From an uncultured Candidatus Saccharibacteria bacterium (GTDB taxonomy: Bacteria; Patescibacteriota; UBA1384; CAILIB01), in assembly GCA_964593885.1 (NCBI GenBank), contig CAZQKK010000001.1, positions 105,929 through 169,928 on the forward strand: a DNA stretch of 64,000 nt, in the 5' to 3' direction. This document shows positions 55,793 to 64,000 of the stretch, one piece after another. Made by a program: the position numbers and the translations under genes. Within the stretch, counting starts at the first letter, position 1, and every line of letters begins with the position of its first letter. The notes below the pieces were generated by a model. The model searched no databases. It was not told where the DNA came from and saw nothing but the letters and a program-made list of their open reading frames with translations.

Positions 55793-58077
55793 TCAGCCGT
55801 TATTCTCTGGCGTCTGATATTTAGATACTGAAATCCCCAGAACATACCGAGAAGTAACAGGGTCCCCGTTACCAGTGTTACAGGTGGGATAGGAGTCCCA
55901 GTTTGAGCTAAACCACCCGATGCACTATCAGTTGGCGATGCAGTTGCCTGTAATACAGGTGTGGCAAATGCACCCAAAGTGGTCACCGTAGCTTGCGTAG
56001 GCCAAGCTCCGTCGGTCACCACAACTCGGTACTCGTACGCTGTACCAACCGTTAAGTTTGTTTGCACGATAGCGGATCCTGGCGTAATAGACCCTTGTGA
56101 TGTCCACGCCTCACTCCCTACCCGTCTCTGCAGCTGGTAGGATAGTGTACCGTAACCTCCAGTAGCTGGCGTAGTAAGAATAGAGACACTACCTGATCCA
56201 ACTGTAGGATCTACGGTAACTGACCCAGCTGCTAGCGGCACGTACGAATAGCGATCTGCAATAAATTTCGCGTGAAACTTTCCAAGTATTGTAGCTGCTG
56301 GAGTTGAAGGGTGCACAAAATCAGCAAAGTATTCGTAGAAATGATTTCCCGACCAACTAGACGCATCATTAGTAGCAACAAGAATATTCGTCCCATTTGA
56401 CTTTGTTTGGAGGTAATCCCAAATGGTATCCAGATTATTTTGCACTGTAACACTGCTAATCCTCACAGGCGGAAGTTGAAGAAAAACCTGGAATCCATCG
56501 GTAGTGAGACTACTCAATACCCCATCAACATACCCTCGCCATGTAACATCCGTGCCAGCGTAGGAAGAAGCATCATTAGTGCCAAGTTGGAGGGAAATGA
56601 CATTCGAGCCAGCCGCCTGTAAAGCATCAACCAAACCGTGGTAGAGGTTTTTGCTGGCATTAAGTGGGGAGGCATTACAGTTTGTGCAAGCACCAGGTGA
56701 TAGAGGTGCTGAGGGAAGCCAATCTTCAAATTTCCTGCCCGGCATCGCTCCCGACAGGTACGTAACACTTGTCCCACTAACAGTACTCAAACTATCCACA
56801 ATTGATTGACGAAATGTAGAGATACTGTGGTAGAGCGAGTCCCCCGCAAGTCCAACTACTACTGGGCCTCCGTTGGTAATGTAGTATGAGTTACTCGAGA
56901 ATGTTGGTACTGCACTCTCTGGTACCGCAGCAACTCCAACAGATGGGGAAATAACCCCACTGTTATCGTAATTTACCGAAACAAAATCGCTTCCGTCAGA
57001 CCCAACTATTCTCCAACTATAGTAGTGTATTGCTGTAACACTTGGCGTAACCACAACTGATACTTCCCCAGCACCTGTCCTGCCAGTAGATCCTCGAGAA
57101 ACCCCCGCTGAGATTGGTGTGTCATGCTCGAAAAGCGTCGCCGTATAGCTTGTTGTAGGCAATCCTCCTTTTATCTCCGTACGAATCGGAATTGTCGTGG
57201 TGGTTGCTAAACTAGCGTCAGCTTCTGAGGGTGCTCCATCAAGGAAATAACGGTAGCTACCACCGTTGTAGATTATGTCGTACTGCTGCTGTGTCAGCTT
57301 ATTATTTCTACTGAAACCAAGCTCATGCAGGTCATAGTCTGCACCAGTCGTAAGGTTAGTTTTTGAACATGCTGAAATAATGCCGCCAGGCGAAGCAGCA
57401 AAATCAAACCCACTATCAACTGCTGATACCTGTGCTGTGCCGTTCACCCAAATGGTCAGCTCCCCCGCTGTCTTGTTGTATGCCACACCCACTAGGTACT
57501 CAAGCCCATCGGTGAGGGAAACCATTACTGATTGATCAAGCGTGTCTACGCCATCTGAGAGGATAAATTGAACCCTATCTGCGTAGAAATATACTTCTAA
57601 ATCCGAACCCCAAGAGAATACTTTTTGAGAACTTCCACCATAGACAGCATGGAACGTGGTGAGCGCGTACAAGCTAAACTCACTCACCGAGTGGGTAACT
57701 GTTGCCGCCGTGCTCAAACAGGTACCATCGGAAAACAGCATTTCAGCTGCATTCCTGCTACCACCAAAGTAGGAAGAAGTAACCGGCACGGTTCCGCTTC
57801 CTCCTGTTGGGATAAGTGAGTATGTTGGACCATCCACACTTCCCAGTCTTGTTCCCGAAGCTTCATTGAAACCGTAGACTTCAGTGAGATGAGGTACACC
57901 ATTCACCATGCTGCCACCCGCGCCGCTCACCTGGGTTCTGCTGTACCAAGAGTCGCTACTTGCCTGCACTGGCAGAGCTACGGTCTGCAAAGCTAAGGCC
58001 AGTACCATAAGAAATACCACAGCAATGCGTGATGCCTTGGGGTAACCTCGCCCGACTGTTACGCTACTCGAATCCAT
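55789..58077 (-). CDS. Sortase-anchored surface protein (762 aa) with GDSL/SGNH-like and lectin-like regions and C-terminal LAQTG sorting signal
   Basis: C-terminus ...GGLAQTG-TPIPPVTLVTGTLLLLGMFWGFQYL-NIRRQRITAD (motif, hydrophobic helix, basic tail). LAQTG encoded at 55897-55911. LQLGTNDASS GDSL-like block. Confidence 0.65.
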   Translation of the reverse strand: MDSSSVTVGRGYPKASRIAVVFLMVLALALQTVALPVQASSDSWYSRTQVSGAGGSMVNGVPHLTEVYGFNEASGTRLGSVDGPTYSLIPTGGSGTVPVTSSYFGGSRNAAEMLFSDGTCLSTAATVTHSVSEFSLYALTTFHAVYGGSSQKVFSWGSDLEVYFYADRVQFILSDGVDTLDQSVMVSLTDGLEYLVGVAYNKTAGELTIWVNGTAQVSAVDSGFDFAASPGGIISACSKTNLTTGADYDLHELGFSRNNKLTQQQYDIIYNGGSYRYFLDGAPSEADASLATTTTIPIRTEIKGGLPTTSYTATLFEHDTPISAGVSRGSTGRTGAGEVSVVVTPSVTAIHYYSWRIVGSDGSDFVSVNYDNSGVISPSVGVAAVPESAVPTFSSNSYYITNGGPVVVGLAGDSLYHSISTFRQSIVDSLSTVSGTSVTYLSGAMPGRKFEDWLPSAPLSPGACTNCNASPLNASKNLYHGLVDALQAAGSNVISLQLGTNDASSYAGTDVTWRGYVDGVLSSLTTDGFQVFLQLPPVRISSVTVQNNLDTIWDYLQTKSNGTNILVATNDASSWSGNHFYEYFADFVHPSTPAATILGKFHAKFIADRYSYVPLAAGSVTVDPTVGSGSVSILTTPATGGYGTLSYQLQRRVGSEAWTSQGSITPGSAIVQTNLTVGTAYEYRVVVTDGAWPTQATVTTLGAFATPVLQATASPTDSASGGLAQTGTPIPPVTLVTGTLLLLGMFWGFQYLNIRRQRITAD

Positions 58078-58787
58078 TAGTGTGAGTTAACAGTAACACC
58101 GTTTACCTCATCCAGTATCGCCGTCACCACTAACCGTTTATCCGAGCTCCATAGTGGGGTGCATGTATAGAGGGTGAGAATGGGTCTGCTTGTTTGAGCT
58201 TCTATTCCGGTCTCGTTTGAACTTACAACTTCTGTAGAAGTAACACGATAGACATACACATCCTTTCCCCACGTAACGGTAAGCTTTTCACCAACCGCAA
58301 CTTTATCGAGGTAGTAGAAAGTATTTGGACCAGTTGAGTACTTGTAACGGTGAGCAACAATAACGGTATTACCTCCTTGTGGTGGAGTACTGGTGTTTGG
58401 TCTGCGCCAAAGGCCAGTATCCAGCGTTTCCTCATCCGGTCCCTCAAGAATTTCGGACTCAACACCAATTGTTGGTATAGAGAGAAGCTGGTTACTCCAT
58501 GTAGCTGACTCACTCGAGATTTGTTGCTCTGAACTATGCATTGCTTTAACCACAAATGGCGAGCCCCCCTGGGACCGGTACTGCCATTGGTAGACCCAGT
58601 TTGGGATGAAAGGGGCAAAAGCAAAGTAACCCGCTGCACTTGTCACCACAACCGTAACTATCGTATTCCTGATTATAGAGAATCGTTTTCTGTTATTTCT
58701 GGGCGAGAATTCTAAAGGCACATCCGCGCGTAGCTGTGCACGCTTCGGTGCTGCATGTATGCCGTCAAAATATCGCCTTTGAGCCAT
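58077..58787 (-). CDS. Sortase (class E-like, recognising LAxTG)
   Basis: TLYTCTP (TLxTC) active-site Cys motif, VIVAHR His motif, N-terminal membrane anchor. Stop overlaps the substrate gene's start (ATGA). Confidence 0.75.
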   Translation of the reverse strand: MAQRRYFDGIHAAPKRAQLRADVPLEFSPRNNRKRFSIIRNTIVTVVVTSAAGYFAFAPFIPNWVYQWQYRSQGGSPFVVKAMHSSEQQISSESATWSNQLLSIPTIGVESEILEGPDEETLDTGLWRRPNTSTPPQGGNTVIVAHRYKYSTGPNTFYYLDKVAVGEKLTVTWGKDVYVYRVTSTEVVSSNETGIEAQTSRPILTLYTCTPLWSSDKRLVVTAILDEVNGVTVNSH

Positions 58788-58822
58788 GCCTTATTCTACC
58801 ATACGTAACTGGTTAACTTGGG

Positions 58823-61800
58823 TTACGGTAGCCCTAGCAGGTGCCTGGTACTCAACATGGTGGTAGTGGCGAAAGCAGCTCCAACCGCGCAGACCACCGC
58901 AAGTAGACTAAACCCAACCCTTGCTGCAGTTCCCCCGCTACTGCCGCTACTCGTTTCGTCCCATGGGAAAGGTGTTGGGGATCCTGTAGATTCAACCGAT
59001 GAGGTAACTGTTGGGCTGGCGGTGATACTTGCAGATGGTGAAGCTGAGACTGTAGGGGTTGGAGTTGCCTCACTGCTCTCGCTTGGGGTTGCAGATGGAG
59101 TTGGCGAAACGGCAGTACTAGGTGAAGCCGTACTGCTGGTTTTCTTCTTTTTGGTACTCGTGGTACTACTTGGGGTTGGCGTACTAGGTGTTGGGGTTGG
59201 AGTGCCGTTTGCCACCACAGCAGCGATGGTAACCGTTGACGTGCAGACTGGCTCACCCCAGTCGCTAGCCACACCTGTATTAGGAATGCGGGTGTCAGTC
59301 TTTGCCTTAACGCATGCTTTGTAGGTACCTGGATCAATAGCTGAAGTACTAATGGTTGCACTCAAGTCTGTGGTATCTGCCCAAGCTGTAACCGTACTGC
59401 CAGATTCAGTCCTCAGCTGCGAGCTGTAGGTGCGGTAGCCGTTGCCTGCAGGAGCCTGCCAGGTAACCTGCATAGCATCCCCAACAGTGTAGCTAGAGGC
59501 ATTAGTTCCAGGCGACACTACCTGTGGTGATACCCCTCGCAAGCCAATGGCAGTTTGGTCAATTTGCTGGAAGCCCATACTGAGGGCTGGCGAACCTTCT
59601 GCGAGCCAGAAATTATCGTTAGCAGCATCGCTGAAGAGTGGGTTTGCAAACTGGGAGTTAAGGTCAAACCCGTGTGACTGCCAAGCTGCCCAGGTGTAGA
59701 TCCAGCTGTTGTCAGCAAAGTTTCCACCTGTGACAGGTGTAACAGATCCTGCCATGTAGAAGAGGTTGTTATCAATCTGGTTGTTATCTCCTAACCAGTA
59801 GTGGAAGTAGAGGTTTGGCGAAGACGTTGGCTCCACGTACGCGATGTTGTGATTGAAGTTGTTTCGTACCATGATATCGCCCCTAACCTGGGTAGCAGAG
59901 AGTAGCGCAAGCGATGGGTAGTGGCTGAAAAAGAGATTCTTAGTCTCGGTTGGGAGGTTCTGTACCTCGTTGTACATTGAGTCATATACCTCAGTTGTCG
60001 CCAAATCTTCATGGAGCCTAAACTGTCCATACTTATTCTTAGGCGCATAGCAGATGTTGTTCCTCACCGTGTTATCTGATCCCGTGTGGATGAGGAAACA
60101 CTCGGCGTACGATCGTGCCACAATGTTGTTCTCAACTAAGGTGTTACTCTCATAGTCATCCAGGTAGATACCCCATGTTGCCATCCCCAAGCGCATACCC
60201 GAGATATCAGTGTCGTAGTCATAGCCACCGGTATCGCTCACAAAGTTACCGCGGATGGTATTCCCTCCTGGGAGGAAGCTCCTCACATTTCCCGAAGGTA
60301 AAACATTATCGCTAAAAGGAATGAGGTAGATGGCACTTGAGTCTCTTATCAGCCGGTTTACGTCGTACACACGGTTAGCTTCAATGACCAAACCACCATG
60401 TCCTCTATCCGCTAGTATTCCCTGGGCTGCCAAATCGTGGATGAGGTTATTCCTAATGATTGTCCCGTAGTTATTGGCTCGTATTCCGGGGCTACTGGTT
60501 GGTGCACCAAACCCAATGTGCGAAATGTAGTTATTCTCAACCAGAATTCCCGAGCTAGTGAAAGTCTTGAAGTTTGAGTACCCAGTCTCTGGGCCAAGTT
60601 GGATTGCGGAGTTCTTTAAGTTTGTCAGCCGAGAGTTACGAATGGTTACATCATGGGTTGTGCCCAGACTGTACACGCCAAGTCCCTCAGCATCAGATAT
60701 CACGAGACCATCAAGGGTGATGTGGTGGCTATCGTTGAGCTTCACAATGTACCCACCATTCTGGGGCGAAGGACCGTAGCCAAATTCCTCTAGGCTGAGG
60801 TTGTGGAACTCAAGGTAGCTGGCACCAGAAAGCTGGAGTGGGTTACTCATCCAAACCGCAGAGAGAGTTTCTGTGCCAGTGGTGGTTCCTGGAAGTACAA
60901 ACTGAACGTTTGCGCCTGCTGCACCCTGGTACCACTCTCCGGGAGCATCGAGGAGCTCTGGTAGGTTCTCAACGTAGTAGCGATTGTGAAACTGTGTCTG
61001 CACCATGTTGTACGAAGTATCTGACGCGAGCACAATCTGGTGGTTACCCGAGTCCACTGAGCTTATGTTTACAATGTTTGGCCAGTACACCGCCCCAGAG
61101 TAGATGTGCACCCTCCCATTGCTCGGGGTTGCCCATGTTGAGGGATCACTGAGTAAGGCTCCCGATACCTCAGCTGGGTCATAGGTGAGGAGTCGTTTAT
61201 CGGTATCGGCGGCAACCTGGGCGAAAAAGTTTACCCACGGGTCAACCTGGGAGTAGTTGGGGGTGGTTGCGTTTGGGGTTCTCGCTAAGTTCTGAGAGCT
61301 ACCGTTGAGGTACACCGCGTGCACTGCCGTGCCTGGATCGAGACCAAACTGGCTAATTGGGATGCTCACCGTGCCACTTAAACCTGGATCAAGGGTGATT
61401 TTCTTGCTCCCGGTAATAACTGGGTACTCGCCTGGGTAGTTTCGCCAGATGTTTGGAGACTCACTACTCCCCGAGTCCTGTGAGTCAAACCCTAGGGCGG
61501 CATCAAGCTGGTAGGTACCAGACCTCACGTAGACGGTTACTCCAACCTGCCCCCTTGCAACGCTCTTTGCTTTCTCAAGAGTGGCAAAAGGATGGGCGAG
61601 ACTACCGTCGTCACTGTCATTTCCCGTGGTGGCAACATAGTACGATGGTCCGCTACCTGCAGATCCTAACAGCCTAGACTTCTGCAACCCAAGCTTGTCA
61701 TCTTTGCTAAATAACCTTGGGCTCGCCACAGCTGCAGCAATACTGGCAAGCATGAAAACCACGCAGGCAATGGCCGTTGCCTTGAGGAACACCATTCGCC

Positions 61801-61942
61801 GGTACTGATTTTTGACGTAGGTCAAAGCTTCCCTCACATCCTGTGGTTGCCAACCAGAAGTACGGAGCGCACTCTCAACATCACCTTCCTTGAAGCGCTG
61901 GAGCTGTGTTGCCACGTAAGATATGAGCTGGTGTGACAGCAT
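58823..61942 (-). CDS. Giant right-handed parallel beta-helix (pectate-lyase-fold) surface protein (1039 aa) with N-terminal signal-anchor, PT/S-rich stalk and C-terminal hydrophobic segment
   Basis: YYVATTGNDSDDGS start, repeated PbH1-like units (NNxVxxN...). Long TPTPTPSTPTPSSTTSTKKKK...SPSAS linker. C-terminal FSLLAVVCAVGAAFATTTML. Confidence 0.6.
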   Translation of the reverse strand: MLSHQLISYVATQLQRFKEGDVESALRTSGWQPQDVREALTYVKNQYRRMVFLKATAIACVVFMLASIAAAVASPRLFSKDDKLGLQKSRLLGSAGSGPSYYVATTGNDSDDGSLAHPFATLEKAKSVARGQVGVTVYVRSGTYQLDAALGFDSQDSGSSESPNIWRNYPGEYPVITGSKKITLDPGLSGTVSIPISQFGLDPGTAVHAVYLNGSSQNLARTPNATTPNYSQVDPWVNFFAQVAADTDKRLLTYDPAEVSGALLSDPSTWATPSNGRVHIYSGAVYWPNIVNISSVDSGNHQIVLASDTSYNMVQTQFHNRYYVENLPELLDAPGEWYQGAAGANVQFVLPGTTTGTETLSAVWMSNPLQLSGASYLEFHNLSLEEFGYGPSPQNGGYIVKLNDSHHITLDGLVISDAEGLGVYSLGTTHDVTIRNSRLTNLKNSAIQLGPETGYSNFKTFTSSGILVENNYISHIGFGAPTSSPGIRANNYGTIIRNNLIHDLAAQGILADRGHGGLVIEANRVYDVNRLIRDSSAIYLIPFSDNVLPSGNVRSFLPGGNTIRGNFVSDTGGYDYDTDISGMRLGMATWGIYLDDYESNTLVENNIVARSYAECFLIHTGSDNTVRNNICYAPKNKYGQFRLHEDLATTEVYDSMYNEVQNLPTETKNLFFSHYPSLALLSATQVRGDIMVRNNFNHNIAYVEPTSSPNLYFHYWLGDNNQIDNNLFYMAGSVTPVTGGNFADNSWIYTWAAWQSHGFDLNSQFANPLFSDAANDNFWLAEGSPALSMGFQQIDQTAIGLRGVSPQVVSPGTNASSYTVGDAMQVTWQAPAGNGYRTYSSQLRTESGSTVTAWADTTDLSATISTSAIDPGTYKACVKAKTDTRIPNTGVASDWGEPVCTSTVTIAAVVANGTPTPTPSTPTPSSTTSTKKKKTSSTASPSTAVSPTPSATPSESSEATPTPTVSASPSASITASPTVTSSVESTGSPTPFPWDETSSGSSGGTAARVGFSLLAVVCAVGAAFATTTMLSTRHLLGLP

Positions 61943-62052
61943 AGGTTAAGTATGCCCCATCACTGGTAGAAATGCACCCTGGGCAACCTCATTTTGCTCA
62001 CACAAACACAAGCCTGTTGAACCTTATCCCCTTCAGGTGTCATACTGGTAGC

Positions 62053-64000
62053 ATGCTGAGATCCACGCGTACCGGAAGACGCATTAGGGCAACCTGGGTA
62101 GCTTGCCTCTCTTTTGCGTTGCTCGCCACATCCTTCCTCGGGATATTTGGAGCAACCCTCCAGCGAGTACTTGCAGATACCCCCGTTGACCACTTTGCCT
62201 TCGACAACAGCTTCACCACAGGCGCCTCCCCAGTTGCAGGAGTTCCTTTTGTGGTCACCATAAGAGCCTTTGACCAGTACAACAACATCCTCACGGACTT
62301 CTCGGGCCAAGTTTCCCTCAGTGACCTCACCGGGAGCATGACGCCAAGCCTAACCCCAAACTTCACCAACGGGGTCTGGACAGGAAACGTTACGGTTACC
62401 ATAGCTGCTGCGGTGAATAGCATCAGCCTCTTCTACTCCACCTACAGCCTGGTTTCCGCAGACTTTAGCGTACTGGCAGACAGTAGGTACACTACCCTCG
62501 CCCTCGTCTCTGGTAACAACCAGAGTGGCGTGGTGAATACCACCCTTGCCCAGAGTCTCACGGTGAAAACCATTGACCTCTACGGTAACCCTATCCCAAA
62601 CGTCAACCTCACCTTCCTCATTGCCGCCTACCCGCCAGGCTCAACTGGACAGGCTCTTGGTTCAAGTGGGGCTACTACCGGACTTGATGGAAGGGCAAGC
62701 ACCAGTATCACCTTGGGAAGAAAGACGGGGACGTACATTATCACGGCCAGGATTAACGCCCTCAATAGCCAGGAGCTCACCGTCTTCTCCAATGCCACAG
62801 CTGGAGCGGTGGCAATTGTAAAGATCACCCCGCTCATCTCCATCATTCCAAAGGGTGCCAGTCAGCAGTTTGTCGCCCAACTCATGGACCAGTACGAGAA
62901 CGTGGTCACCGGCTTTAACCCAACCTGGGCAGTTACCGAGGGTGGTGGAACCATCGATGCAACCACTGGCGTGTTCACCGCTGGGGATGTTTCAGGTACC
63001 TACGCTAACACGGTAAAAGCCACCTACAACAGCCACGGTGCTACGGCAACGGTTGCGGTAATTAACGAGAGTAGCGGTTCAAGTGAAGGAAACCTCCAAG
63101 GTAACGGAACCAACGGAACAGGAGGTAACCCAAACGGCGCCCTTCCTACGCCAACTCCTACTCCAACTCCACCAGCTGGAAATGGTAACGATAACGGCGC
63201 CGGAGGAGGACAGCCAGGAGATGCTGCAGGTGAAGGATTCACCGTAGGAGGCCAGAAAGATAACGGAGGAGCTGGAAATGGTGCTCAGAACGTTCCAGAA
63301 GGTACGGGAGTTCTTGACCGCGTCTACATCGTACCAAGTGTGCTCAACGTGCAAGCAGGAGATAAGCAGATCGTAACCGCCCAGGCGGTAGATATCTACA
63401 ACAACGTCGTTACCGCAGTGAAATTTGACTGGACGCTCAGTGGGCCAGTTGGTAAGCTATCGCTCCTAGAAACCCAGACAACTGAGCTAGTTGCTGCTGC
63501 CATTCCAGCAAACGGTGTTATTGGCGTTACTGCCACCCAGCAGAACATTCAAACCAGAGCAGAAGCATCGGTTGCGGTTACGCCAAAGCTTGGTGGAAGG
63601 TTGGTCTTCGACAACATTGAGAGCCCCCAGAAAACTGGCCAGAACTTCATTGCCACCATCACCGCCAAAGACTACGCCAACAACGTGATGGCAGACTTTA
63701 CCGGCTCAGTAACCCTCACTGACAGTACTAGCTCCATCACCCCGTCCACAGCTGGGCCATTCGTCTCAGGTATCTGGCGTGGTGAGGTGAGAATCCTCTA
63801 CGGGAGCGATAGTACCGTTATCACCGCAATTGGCGGAGGTATGAGTGGCTCCAGTAACCCCTTCAAGGTTGAAGGTGACCAGAGTAGCTTCCTTCGAACC
63901 GTAGGATCTGCAATCAGCACCATTGTTTCCGCTCTCACCGGCGGAGGTGCGGGAGATTCAGGCGATGCTGGGAGTAAGGGTGCGGCAGGGAAAGCTGGAG
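62053..64000 (+). CDS. Large secreted Ig-like (Big-repeat) surface protein, N-terminal 649 aa (continues beyond the window)
   Basis: ATG 62053 then signal peptide RRIRATWVACLSFALLATSFLGIFG. Repeated about 90 aa Big-like modules (e.g. ITPLISIIPKGASQQFVAQLMDQYENVV). Open to the window end and absent from the ORF track for lack of a stop. Confidence 0.6.
   Translation, partial: MLRSTRTGRRIRATWVACLSFALLATSFLGIFGATLQRVLADTPVDHFAFDNSFTTGASPVAGVPFVVTIRAFDQYNNILTDFSGQVSLSDLTGSMTPSLTPNFTNGVWTGNVTVTIAAAVNSISLFYSTYSLVSADFSVLADSRYTTLALVSGNNQSGVVNTTLAQSLTVKTIDLYGNPIPNVNLTFLIAAYPPGSTGQALGSSGATTGLDGRASTSITLGRKTGTYIITARINALNSQELTVFSNATAGAVAIVKITPLISIIPKGASQQFVAQLMDQYENVVTGFNPTWAVTEGGGTIDATTGVFTAGDVSGTYANTVKATYNSHGATATVAVINESSGSSEGNLQGNGTNGTGGNPNGALPTPTPTPTPPAGNGNDNGAGGGQPGDAAGEGFTVGGQKDNGGAGNGAQNVPEGTGVLDRVYIVPSVLNVQAGDKQIVTAQAVDIYNNVVTAVKFDWTLSGPVGKLSLLETQTTELVAAAIPANGVIGVTATQQNIQTRAEASVAVTPKLGGRLVFDNIESPQKTGQNFIATITAKDYANNVMADFTGSVTLTDSTSSITPSTAGPFVSGIWRGEVRILYGSDSTVITAIGGGMSGSSNPFKVEGDQSSFLRTVGSAISTIVSALTGGGAGDSGDAGSKGAAGKAG

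Noticed and set aside
58818-59361. ORFs 58818-59324 (+) and 58852-59361 (-) with Leu/Val/Gln-rich translations
   Set aside because: Alternate frames of the PT/S-rich stalk region of the beta-helix protein gene (58823-61942).

Overview
This 64 kb window is a compact, mostly housekeeping chromosomal segment from a bacterium with moderately high GC (about 55%), standard stop codon usage and tightly packed, often start/stop-overlapping operons. By inference it is a monoderm, reduced-genome bacterium, possibly a Saccharibacteria/Patescibacteria-like lineage: several core enzymes are short versions, a sortase with an LAxTG substrate sits next to FemAB and an L,D-transpeptidase, and there are type IV pilins. 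I could not confirm the lineage from sequence alone.

Recognisable content:
- Central metabolism and Fe-S assembly: enolase (partial), pyruvate kinase, glucose-6-phosphate isomerase, and a complete SUF operon (nfu, sufC, an inserted HD hydrolase, sufB, a short sufD, sufS, sufU).
- Replication, repair and transcription: dinB, dnaG, rpoD, ruvA, polA without a 3'-5' exonuclease domain, plus a stand-alone DEDD exonuclease.
- Redox and protein export: sod, lepB, trxA, trxB.
- Translation and RNA genes: valS, rpsT, tRNA-Ser(GGA), tRNA-Glu(TTC).
- Cell wall and sugar-nucleotide genes: murE, a FemAB-like gene, a GDP-mannose gene set (manC, phosphomannomutase, ROK kinase).
- Pili: a five-gene type IV pilin cluster.
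- Surface proteins: a sortase coupled to an LAQTG protein and a giant beta-helix protein, and a partial Ig-repeat surface protein at the window end.

The most unusual locus is 34977-40003. It is about 5 kb of AT-rich DNA (about 40% GC, with its own codon usage) fitted into the long minus-strand operon valS-TPR-[1286 aa]-[389 aa]-SLOG-L,D-transpeptidase. It encodes a 1286-residue polytopic membrane protein (extracytoplasmic Cys domain, about 10 TM helices, roughly 450-residue charged coiled-coil tail) translationally coupled to a 389-residue cytoplasmic helical protein. I recognise neither gene confidently.

Other things worth a second look:
- A two-unit 51 bp tandem repeat with alternative hairpins downstream of trxB (CRISPR-like but not a CRISPR).
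- A putative integration remnant after tRNA-Ser carrying FkbM, SUKH-like, TfoX_N and MazG genes.
- An RHH fusion to a degenerate nucleotidyltransferase-like domain ahead of manC.
- An HTH-Nudix plus NDT-like gene pair.
- Several ORF-track start codons that fall inside promoters.
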